A stretch of 49,164 nucleotides of DNA from Parcubacteria group bacterium Greene0416_36. Its GTDB lineage: Bacteria > Patescibacteriota > Patescibacteriia > VMEV01. The DNA lies in the NCBI GenBank assembly GCA_007375725.1, contig VMEV01000010.1, positions 1 to 49,164 of the forward strand. Reading direction: 5' to 3'. Below, one piece after another: positions 10,826-18,996 of the stretch. How positions within the stretch are numbered: position 1 is the stretch's first letter; each line of letters opens with the position of its first letter. Made by a program: the position numbers and the translations under genes. Below the pieces are notes generated by a model that saw only the letters and a program-made list of their open reading frames with translations, had not been told where the DNA came from and made no database searches.

Positions 10826-12262
10826 TTACAATAATAATTTAGCGCGCAAATCTTCCATATCGCTCTTTCCATTGCCGTCCGTGTCTTTTTTGAGGGGAGA
10901 TGTCTTGGAAATATTCACCTCATCCCCGTCATCCAGCCCATCGCCATCAGTATCGTTTTTGACAGGATCCGTTCGCACCGAACACACTTCCTCGAAGTCC
11001 GTTAGGCCATCCTTGTCAAAATCCAATTGGACCATCATTTTTTTCTGAGCATCGTCCAGATCACCACAATTTTTAGTTGCGAATCCTCCTAAAACTTCTC
11101 CATAATTGCCGGCAAAAATAACCGGCAAGTTATAGGATCGGCCGAGAAAAGTCCCTTTGGAGCATTGACCGGAGGATAGAGACAGCTCAAAGAATGCGGT
11201 GGGACAGAGCCCAGCGTCCACATCTTCTTTATCGGTTTTCCCGTTTTGGTTCGTGTCGCGGTCCCCCGGGTTAGATCCGTAATCATTGACTTCAATACCA
11301 TCTGATAAACCGTCACCGTCTTTATCCGTACTCAGCGGATCGGAACCAATGCCCAAAAATTCATCTCCATCACCCAAACCGTCGCCATCGGTATCAAACT
11401 TAGTTGGGTCCGTATTGAACCATAATTCTTTCTCATCCGGAATCCCATCTTTGTCATAATCCAAAATAAATTCCGTATTGCTCAATTTGTACGTACAAAC
11501 CGTCTTGGCGGATTCCAATGGAATCTTGGCACAATCTTTGGCGTCTCGGGCCTCGCGATACTGGACCCAGGAACTATATTGATCAAGGACCGTCTTATTT
11601 TTAATCTGGCCCTCGGCTGGAATATCGGATCGAAGCGCATTGACTAAACATAATTTGGAATATTCGAGAGATGTAATGCCGCCACAGACCGAGACACTCT
11701 CTTTGCCAGCGGCGAGAACCGCGAGATTCAAAGCGAGCACGCGGTCCTTGCACTCTACGGCCTCATGGCTATCGTCCAACGAATCGCAAATCCCCGCCTG
11801 GGCCTTATCAACCGCCATAGAGGCAATGCACCGCTCGCGAAGAGATACCGTAGAAATCATGGCGCATTTTTTCGGATCACCGCTCTCTCTGCCTACACGA
11901 AACAGACAATCATTTCTATAACCATCTTCGTAAATACCCAAGCACTGGTCTATGCTTTTGGCATTACTGATCACTTCTGTATGAATAAATTCGTCGATAC
12001 ACCCCTCTTTGGCATCTCCTTCGGCCAAGCCAACACAGCCTTCTTTGGTTGGAATCAAAGGGGGACTCACCAACCTGCCGCCCTCTTCAAAGACCGTATT
12101 GCCGGGTTCATCCAGCAAACGGCGAAAAGCAGGATCTATGCCGCTGGAATCCGGAATCGTCACATCTCCCTCTCCCACGCTGGAAAAAAACCAGACCCCT
12201 CCGGCTAACAAAATAACCGCAGATAAAGCAATGATGGCCCATTGAAATTTAGATAGATTCAT
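10826..12262 (-). CDS. Membrane-anchored Cys-rich protein with Ca-binding DxDxDG (TSP3/binary-toxin-like) repeats
   Basis: N-terminal TM (from MNLSKF), C-x-x-I...C helical repeats, multiple DTDGDGL.DG.E....TDP repeats. Confidence 0.85.
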   Translation of the reverse strand: MNLSKFQWAIIALSAVILLAGGVWFFSSVGEGDVTIPDSSGIDPAFRRLLDEPGNTVFEEGGRLVSPPLIPTKEGCVGLAEGDAKEGCIDEFIHTEVISNAKSIDQCLGIYEDGYRNDCLFRVGRESGDPKKCAMISTVSLRERCIASMAVDKAQAGICDSLDDSHEAVECKDRVLALNLAVLAAGKESVSVCGGITSLEYSKLCLVNALRSDIPAEGQIKNKTVLDQYSSWVQYREARDAKDCAKIPLESAKTVCTYKLSNTEFILDYDKDGIPDEKELWFNTDPTKFDTDGDGLGDGDEFLGIGSDPLSTDKDGDGLSDGIEVNDYGSNPGDRDTNQNGKTDKEDVDAGLCPTAFFELSLSSGQCSKGTFLGRSYNLPVIFAGNYGEVLGGFATKNCGDLDDAQKKMMVQLDFDKDGLTDFEEVCSVRTDPVKNDTDGDGLDDGDEVNISKTSPLKKDTDGNGKSDMEDLRAKLLL

Positions 12263-12272
12263 AGGGTGTAAA

Positions 12273-15266
12273 TTACAAACAGTAACAAGCGGTTTCGAGC
12301 AAATCGTAGCCATGATAAGCACAAGTGTCCCCAGGATTTTCCTGATAGACGGGTGTCTTGCCTCGGGCATTGTCCAGATTGGCAAATCCGGAACAGGTCG
12401 ACACGCCGGTTACGCCATAAGGTTTGCATAAACCGCAAACATTGCTATTGACATCATTAGGCATTGGAGAATAGATGCTTCCTGCGGTTCTCCAATACGA
12501 ATAAGGATCATTAGCCCGGCAATAGTACTCATATTTATCATAGCCGGTAGAGTAATGGTTGGAATAGCTAGGCTGAATACGATCACCCGTATAATAATCC
12601 ATTCCAAAAAAACTCTTACAATTAGTACTTGCTTGGTTGGCGGACAAATTCATTGAGATAGTCGCTATCCCATTATTATTGCAACCACCAGGAGTTGAGA
12701 AGGCATCATCACGAACATATACACAGGCATTGGTCTTAGGGTTAGTAAATCCAACTCCCACGCAGACCCGATTCGTTTTACCGCAAATATCATCGCATCG
12801 AAATCCCTTCTTAAGCGCCGGAAGGCCTGGACTGAAAGCCACCGGTCCGCTGATGGGAACCAAATCCTCTACTCCCGCGCGCACAATCACAAAAGGCTTG
12901 TCTCCAATGAGGCCATCAGCGAATTCAGCCTTTTGATTGATTTCTTTGGATGCGGGATCGGTGGGTGCGGCACAACAATAGTCATGTATGGCTTTATCAA
13001 AAACGTCTGCGCAAACAAGTTTATTGTTCTGGCAGAGGAAAACTCCTTTTTGGCATTCATCGGGCTCGGTAATTCCAATACCTCCCCCACCGACTCGGAT
13101 TTTATCAACATAACAACCTACTCCCAAAGATTCGCCCTTAGGTCCTTTATTGTTGCAAGGCGAATCTTGTGGGAGGAGCTGACAATCTCTCTTGCAAAGA
13201 GTCAGCCTCGCCTTCCATGTGGCTTCATTGTAATTGGGAGGTTTGGACTCTAGAGGATCGCATTGTTCTATACCGGTCACTCGGCCGTCGCCGCAGGTAT
13301 CCGCGTCACATACATCGCCCAGAGGCGCCCAGCCGAATTCTTTCTCTAGTTGGGCGTCAGTATTAGTCTGAAGCGCATCCGAAATAAAGGGACAAAGGTC
13401 CGCGGCTCCGGAGAAACGGATAGAACAGTCTAGGCTCCCTGTATTAACCGTACATTTTCCATTCTCCTTGGCCGGACAAGCACAGACACCATCACCATCG
13501 ATATCATTGTCCGGATCATAGAAACAGCAGTCGCAGACATCGCCTACTCCGTCGGCATCACGGTCTGATTGATCCGTATTGGAAGAAAGAACGCAATTAT
13601 CCTTGGCTCCGGATTTTTCGGGACTTGAAAAACGGGGCCCCGCACAAACGCCATCGCCATCGGCATCATTAGCAGGATCATCAGGACACCAGTCGCAGAT
13701 ATCACCGTAGGCATCTCCGTCCACATTTAGTTGATCTTCGTTGGCATCGTCCACGCAATTATCAGCAGTGTCAATAACCGTATCCTCATCTTTATCCGAC
13801 AAACAGCCCTCCGCAGCGGAGATAAAAAAACGATTACAAATCCACTGGTCGCAATTATCCTGACATTCGGCATTGGAGGGAGTATTGTCTCTAAAATCAC
13901 AGACTTCAAAGCCCTCTTTCTCTCCATTGCCGCACGTGCCAATATCTCCGGAACACGCGTCGCCCAAAAGAGGCCGGCCAGACTCGATTTCCTGCCGCTC
14001 ATCTGTATTTCTCTGATCAGGATTGGGGGCTAGCGGACAATTATCTTCCCCGCCGCGCTTGGTGCCTCCGGATTCGACGCCGCGGAATACGCCGCCGATG
14101 CAGAGGCCGTCGCGGTCGCGGTCATTTTCAGGGTCTAAGGGGCATTCGTCACAGCCGTCTCCCACGCCGTCACGGTCGCGATCACACTGAGCATTGGTTC
14201 GGCGTTCTGGATCGCCCGACTGAGGCTGATAACAAATTCCGGGACGATTGCGGAGCTGGAAGCAGGTCTCGCCAGGGGCGAGCTGATCCACGGTAACAAA
14301 GGCAAATTTCTGATCCTCGGAGCACGCGATATCGCCGAAGCGGTCGCCGGAGGGACAAATATCTAGAGAATTGGGAATACCGTCGCGATCATTGTCGGTC
14401 GTATCCGCGGTCTTGAAGAAAAAACAGCCGGCCGAATCCAGCGGATTATCCACTACACCCTGCCAAGAACCCTCCCCTTTATATTCAAAATTGGCATACA
14501 GCTCGTAGCTGTCGCCATTTTCCATGGAACGATAGCCGTATACCTGGGCTCCGGTGGGACAAAAAAATTGTTTAGAGCGTTCATTCCAGCAAGTCACGGG
14601 ATCCACGTCCTCAGCGCGGCATCCGAAAAATTTATTCTCCGGATCAATGGGAATATCTTTTCCCAGCTCACGGCCCAAGGTCTCCTGCCAGGAAGGCCAG
14701 ACGGAAAAACTCCAGCCCGTCTGGTAACTGCCGGCTCGAAGATCAGGATACACTTTTTTGCCTTTCTTATAATCTTCCAAAATGCGGCGGAGATCATTGA
14801 TTTCCATCACGCGCCGAAGATCTTCCTGAATGCTTTTTTTCACCAGGCCCTCAGGATCAATTTCTTCCCCAATATTAGAATTAAAACGCCAAGTGCGAAT
14901 GAGCTGGCCTAAAATTTCGAGCACTTCCTGCTGGGCTCCTTCATTGAAAGAAATCAAATAAATATTGGAATAAAGCTTATCCCCCACTTTGTTCACAGCC
15001 GCCACATAAATCGTGCGGCCATCCCGGATAGCCGGATAGCCGTCCACCTCCAGCGCTTCCGGTTCCCCTGGATTAGGCACATTCTCCAAATACCATTCCA
15101 AAGGCGATAATATTCCATTGATATAAGTATGCGGATACTGCGCCAAATCCCCGGCATTCTGAATCACACGCACGCCGATCACATTTTGAATGGCAGATGC
15201 CTTGTCAGGTAAAGACAGCTCAAAGATAATAAAAAAAGATAAAATTAAGAGAAGCCGACGGAGCAT
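12273..15266 (-). CDS. Large secreted Cys-rich surface protein with thrombospondin type 3 repeats and a pilin-like segment
   Basis: Signal peptide; DNCP..PNPDQ.N.D.DG.GD.CD repeats; CGNG..E..E.CD repeats; D.RR......L...LE.Y......YP segment. Confidence 0.85.
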   Translation of the reverse strand: MLRRLLLILSFFIIFELSLPDKASAIQNVIGVRVIQNAGDLAQYPHTYINGILSPLEWYLENVPNPGEPEALEVDGYPAIRDGRTIYVAAVNKVGDKLYSNIYLISFNEGAQQEVLEILGQLIRTWRFNSNIGEEIDPEGLVKKSIQEDLRRVMEINDLRRILEDYKKGKKVYPDLRAGSYQTGWSFSVWPSWQETLGRELGKDIPIDPENKFFGCRAEDVDPVTCWNERSKQFFCPTGAQVYGYRSMENGDSYELYANFEYKGEGSWQGVVDNPLDSAGCFFFKTADTTDNDRDGIPNSLDICPSGDRFGDIACSEDQKFAFVTVDQLAPGETCFQLRNRPGICYQPQSGDPERRTNAQCDRDRDGVGDGCDECPLDPENDRDRDGLCIGGVFRGVESGGTKRGGEDNCPLAPNPDQRNTDERQEIESGRPLLGDACSGDIGTCGNGEKEGFEVCDFRDNTPSNAECQDNCDQWICNRFFISAAEGCLSDKDEDTVIDTADNCVDDANEDQLNVDGDAYGDICDWCPDDPANDADGDGVCAGPRFSSPEKSGAKDNCVLSSNTDQSDRDADGVGDVCDCCFYDPDNDIDGDGVCACPAKENGKCTVNTGSLDCSIRFSGAADLCPFISDALQTNTDAQLEKEFGWAPLGDVCDADTCGDGRVTGIEQCDPLESKPPNYNEATWKARLTLCKRDCQLLPQDSPCNNKGPKGESLGVGCYVDKIRVGGGGIGITEPDECQKGVFLCQNNKLVCADVFDKAIHDYCCAAPTDPASKEINQKAEFADGLIGDKPFVIVRAGVEDLVPISGPVAFSPGLPALKKGFRCDDICGKTNRVCVGVGFTNPKTNACVYVRDDAFSTPGGCNNNGIATISMNLSANQASTNCKSFFGMDYYTGDRIQPSYSNHYSTGYDKYEYYCRANDPYSYWRTAGSIYSPMPNDVNSNVCGLCKPYGVTGVSTCSGFANLDNARGKTPVYQENPGDTCAYHGYDLLETACYCL

Positions 15267-15271
15267 AAAAC

Positions 15272-15351
15272 AATTACGAATTACGAATGACGAATTACGA
15301 ATGGATCAGCCAGTTGTTCAATTCGTAATTCGTAATTTCTAATTCGTAATT
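15272..15351. repeat. Inverted heptamer tandem repeats (AATTACG/CGTAATT); related tracts at 29008-29073, 36032-36135, 43235-43268, 43633-43666, 45147-45178 and 46520-46548
   Basis: aattacgaattacgaatgacgaattacgaat ... attcgtaattcgtaatttctaattcgtaatt. Confidence 0.8.
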
Positions 15352-15432
15352 AAATTATATCCCATCCATTGATTTTTAAAAAACAATTATTTAGAATAGT
15401 GGTGATTTTACTTGATTAATAGAGATAAAAAT

Positions 15433-16335
15433 ATGATTTTCATTGGACATAAAAATCCGGACACGGATGCGGTATGCGCCGCAATCGGAGCCGCTTCCCT
15501 CTGGGACGGAAAAGCCGCGCGGGCGGGAGAATTCAACAAAGAAACAGAATTTATTTTTAATTATTTCAAAATTCCGATTCCTGAAATCATCACGGATTTC
15601 AAAGGCGAAGCCGTAGGACTTGTGGATCACAATGAAAAAAGCCAATATCCGGAGGGATTGGAAACCGGAAAACTCAAAAAAGTAGTGGATCATCATCTGA
15701 TCAATCTGACCACCAGCGAACCGATTGAAATCATCATGCGACCTTGGGGATCAACCTCGACGGTGATTGCCAATGAATTTGTCCTGGCAAAAAAAGCCAT
15801 CCCCGAAGATGCGGCCAAAGCCATGCTTGCCGGCATTCTCTCAGACACTCTGGCTTTGCAAGGTCCCACAACTACGGAAAAAGACAAAGAAATGGTCATG
15901 ATCCTCCTCCCGCTGACCGGTATCAAGGACTACAAAACCTTTGCCAAAGAAATGTTCATGGCAAAATCCAATCTGGGAAATCTGTCTGCCAAAGAAATTT
16001 TAAATCTTGATTATAAAGTATTTGAACTGGGCGGGAAGAAAATAGGATTTGGCGTGGCTGAAACGGTAGCTCCGGAACAATTACTCGCGAGAAAAATAGA
16101 ATTGCTGGAAGCCATGGGCGTGCAGAAAAACACAGAAAAATTAGATGGACTATTCTTCGCCATCGTGGATGTTCTGGCTAGCCACAGCGACCTCTTGGTC
16201 TTGAGTGATGCTGAAAAAATGATCGCCGAAAAAGCATTTGGTGCTATGGCCAAAGACAATCTGCTCGATATCGAGAAACGAGTATCACGAAAAAAAGAAA
16301 TGATTCCGGCGATATCAGAAGCGATAGGGAAATAA
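15433..16335 (+). CDS. ppaC: Manganese-dependent inorganic pyrophosphatase (DHH/DHHA2)
   Basis: GHKNPDTDA, LVDHNE, VVDHH, GILSDT and SRKK motifs. Confidence 0.95.
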   Translation: MIFIGHKNPDTDAVCAAIGAASLWDGKAARAGEFNKETEFIFNYFKIPIPEIITDFKGEAVGLVDHNEKSQYPEGLETGKLKKVVDHHLINLTTSEPIEIIMRPWGSTSTVIANEFVLAKKAIPEDAAKAMLAGILSDTLALQGPTTTEKDKEMVMILLPLTGIKDYKTFAKEMFMAKSNLGNLSAKEILNLDYKVFELGGKKIGFGVAETVAPEQLLARKIELLEAMGVQKNTEKLDGLFFAIVDVLASHSDLLVLSDAEKMIAEKAFGAMAKDNLLDIEKRVSRKKEMIPAISEAIGK

Positions 16336-16401
16336 ATAATCAAAAAAGTAGGGGCGCACACACTGATGCTCCCCTACTTTTTTTTCTGAATTTCAAAGAA
16401 A

Positions 16402-16782
16402 CTACCCTCTCATGGACACAGCTTCCCGATATTCGCTAGGGACTGCCATCTTCTCCCCTTTCACTTTTTTGGGAATATCGACGATTTTGATCGTCTTATC
16501 TAGGGCATGCAGGTATTTCATGAAAGTGCTGAGGCGAAAATCCACACGACCATTCTCAATACGAGACAAAAAACTTTTCTTAAATCCAGCTTTTTCTGCA
16601 AAGTCTGATTGAGTCATACCAGAATTTTCTCTTATCTCTAACATGTCTGAAATATACGAATGAATTAAACCTAATTTTTCAACATCTCTTTCCATTTTCA
16701 ACCTTCCTTTTGGATCATTAGCATATACTTCAGCCACATAAGATTCAAAAGAGGTATCTTCATTTTTATTATAGTTATGCAT
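16402..16782 (-). CDS. XRE-family HTH antitoxin (HigA-like)
   Basis: IRENSGMTQSDFAEKAGFKKSFLSRIENG HTH; downstream of a RelE/Gp49-like gene. Confidence 0.8.
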   Translation of the reverse strand: MHNYNKNEDTSFESYVAEVYANDPKGRLKMERDVEKLGLIHSYISDMLEIRENSGMTQSDFAEKAGFKKSFLSRIENGRVDFRLSTFMKYLHALDKTIKIVDIPKKVKGEKMAVPSEYREAVSMRG

Positions 16783-16789
16783 ATTTTTT

Positions 16790-17047
16790 TTATTCTATTT
16801 TAAGATTTTTTATAAAATCCATGTAGTAACCTTCAGCGAGTTCAATTTCCTGAAGTGGAATCTTATTCGATTTTTTTGCAAAAGCATGAAGCAATATAAT
16901 CTGCCTTGGATGATACAATATATAAAAAATTCTATAATTTATTCCATGGATCTCATCTCTTAGTGCCCAAACTTTAACAGGTATCTGGCCATTTGTTTTC
17001 TTATAAAAACAAAGACGCCAAGAATCTTCTAAAGGAATCATACACAT
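16790..17047 (-). CDS. RelE/ParE-superfamily (Gp49/HigB-like) toxin, apparently internally deleted
   Basis: FY...NG..PV and YRIFY......IILLHAFAKKSNKIP..EIELA motifs present; only 85 aa. Confidence 0.65.
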   Translation of the reverse strand: MCMIPLEDSWRLCFYKKTNGQIPVKVWALRDEIHGINYRIFYILYHPRQIILLHAFAKKSNKIPLQEIELAEGYYMDFIKNLKIE

Positions 17048-17081
17048 AATATTAACTCATTAGTTAATTTTAGTCAAAAAA

Positions 17082-17121
17082 AAGACAAGTCTTCATCCCA
17101 TGTAGGTGAGGGCTTGTCTTT
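17082..17121 (-). terminator. Intrinsic terminator after efp
   Basis: aaagacaagtcttca...tgagggcttgtcttt stem followed by a U-run on the minus strand. Confidence 0.7.
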
Positions 17122-17149
17122 TAAAAAAGGAATTTGTTTGATTGTTTGT

Positions 17150-17713
17150 TTATTTCTCCTCCTGCTCACGTCCGACGTATTCCCGATTCTCGGTATTGAT
17201 GATCACGACTTCGCCTTCTTTGATGAAGAGCGGCACATTAATGGTGGCTCCGGTTTCGAGCTCGGCCTGCTTCATGACGGCTCCGGCGCTGTCTCCTTTG
17301 ACCCCGGGAGCGGTATTGACCACTTTGAGCGATACTTTCTTGGGAAGAGAAATGGTCACCAAATCATCCCCCAAAAAGAGTCCGTCCACCTTGGCTTCGG
17401 CCACGAGAAACTGGCCGTCTTCGCCTACCGCTTCGGTGCTAACCTGAAACTGCTCAAAATTGTCGTCCATGAAATAATAATTCGTGGCGTCTTTGTAAGT
17501 GAATTGCATGGCACGGCGAGTCACATCCGCCTCCTGTACGACTTCGTCCGATCGGAAGGTAACTTCGAGCGTCTTGCCATTTTTGACATTGCGCATCTTG
17601 ATGCGGCACATCATGCGGCGCTGAGCCATTTTGGAACGGTTCACCTCGGAAACGATCCAAGGATCATTCTCGTACATCATGGCCATTCCTTTGTGAAAAT
17701 CTCCGGCAGTCAT
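17150..17713 (-). CDS. efp: Translation elongation factor P
   Basis: YFMD.NFEQ, TAPGVKGDSA...K.AELETG..I.VPLFI.EG...I.T....Y..R. Confidence 0.95.
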   Translation of the reverse strand: MTAGDFHKGMAMMYENDPWIVSEVNRSKMAQRRMMCRIKMRNVKNGKTLEVTFRSDEVVQEADVTRRAMQFTYKDATNYYFMDDNFEQFQVSTEAVGEDGQFLVAEAKVDGLFLGDDLVTISLPKKVSLKVVNTAPGVKGDSAGAVMKQAELETGATINVPLFIKEGEVVIINTENREYVGREQEEK

Positions 17714-17842
17714 AAATTAGGCTATTAGGCATTAGCTTCTTAGCTTTTTAGAAGACAAAGTAACTAATCCGAAATGGATATAAAAAATAAAAATCTACTT
17801 ATAAACCTATATAATTAAGACCAAATTAGCCTTTTTGGGAGG

Positions 17843-17881
17843 AAAAAGCAAATCCTCGAGAGGAAGTTTCCAATCGAGGAT
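17843..17881 (-). terminator. Terminator closing array 1
   Basis: ATCCTCGA...TCGAGGAT stem followed by TTGCTTTTT on the minus strand. Confidence 0.6.
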
Positions 17882-17888
17882 ATATTTC

Positions 17889-18865
17889 GCCAAATAGATT
17901 TGGCATAAACAAAAATTCGAATTAAAGCGCAAAATATTAGTAAACAAGAAAGAAATTTGTTATAAAACTTCGCGAGAAAATTCTCGCCTCAAAACTAATT
18001 CAACGCATTATAATCTGCAGAAATTCGAAATATAGTGAGGGATAGTACGTCGATACATTAAAGAGTACTGCCTATTCGAGACCTAAAAAAAAGTCTCCAG
18101 TAACTTAAAAGGCTACAATTAAATCTACGCTACTGGACCGTAGTCCGGTAGGGATATCATCATCCGTCCTTTATAAAAGGACCAGAACCATAATCTAATA
18201 AAAAACAAGACGTTCAACATAAATCCGTAGAAAACATGCCGAGCTTCGAAAAGCTCCTAGGCATTAAAACAGGGTGAAACACGGCAAAGGGACCTACAGA
18301 ACACTGATCCAAAATCCCACAACTTTCATGTCTATTATGACCAGACACCTTAAACGAACAATAATGTGCGGCAACACAATCCGAACTACGACACTTAACT
18401 TGGATATCCGAGCAAAAATGCTCCTGAAAAGTAGAGAAATCTGAAACAGTGAACAGGACCCTAGGGGACCAAAATACACTACACATCCGTCCGAAGAATT
18501 CGGACCAATAATAAACCGCAGACTGCAGGAAACAAATATAGGACATCTCGCAGGACATTGATTTCGCCCTTGATAAAAGGGCCAGAAGAACAATTTATCT
18601 TACTTTAAGATAAGATAATTTAATAAATTACAAGGCAAATAAATACATACCGAGCCAATGAAGGCTCCTTGGCACTACAATAAACTAAAGTAAAACAGAC
18701 CATAGTAATCTAAAGGACGCCACTCCATCCGCGAGCAAAGACTCGCCAAAAATCTAAATGACCGCAAGCTAAACCAAGGGAAATAAAACCAATAAGCCCA
18801 AAGGCAAACAATCCGAGAACGAAAAGCTCTCCTATGCAATATTCTTCCTAAACAAACAGAAAGGC
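17889..18865 (-). ncRNA. Putative guide-RNA array 1: 12 hairpins and 11 complete pentamer-periodic tracts
   Basis: Hairpins start at 17889, 17972, 18078, 18166, 18241, 18328, 18410, 18489, 18566, 18652, 18731 and 18815. After each of the first 11, the + strand has a purine every 5 nt for 10-16 steps, starting exactly 5 nt from the stem. No credible ORF. Confidence 0.85.
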
Positions 18866-18890
18866 CTTTTCAAAGAACAGCAACCCAATA

Positions 18891-18919
18891 AATCTAGTCT
18901 AATAGCCAAAGAATGTCAA
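18891..18919 (-). promoter_or_regulatory. sigma70 promoter for array 1
   Basis: Minus strand TTGACA-17 nt-TAGATT, followed by boxA-like TGTTCTTTGAA (18869-18879). Confidence 0.75.
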
Positions 18920-18930
18920 TCCTCCCAACG

Positions 18931-18970
18931 AAAAAACAGCTTATTTTGTTCAATAAGCTGTTTTCTGTTT
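18931..18970 (-). terminator. Intrinsic terminator after the helicase gene
   Basis: aaaacagcttatt-ttgttc-aataagctgtttt. Confidence 0.7.
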
Positions 18971-18996
18971 CTTCTAAAAAACAAAAAGTAATATAG

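Noticed and set aside
18428-18487. Decoded dinucleotides of one tract could spell G-L-G-K-T-T, like a Walker A motif
   Set aside because: A single post hoc match that lacks the upstream glycine; it is meaningless without a systematic search.
18214-18593. ORFs 18214-18558 and 18294-18593 (also 23685-23879 and 23753-24013)
   Set aside because: They are F/C/V/S-rich, lack RBSs or motifs and overlap the arrays. Period-5 structure is not what coding sequence produces.
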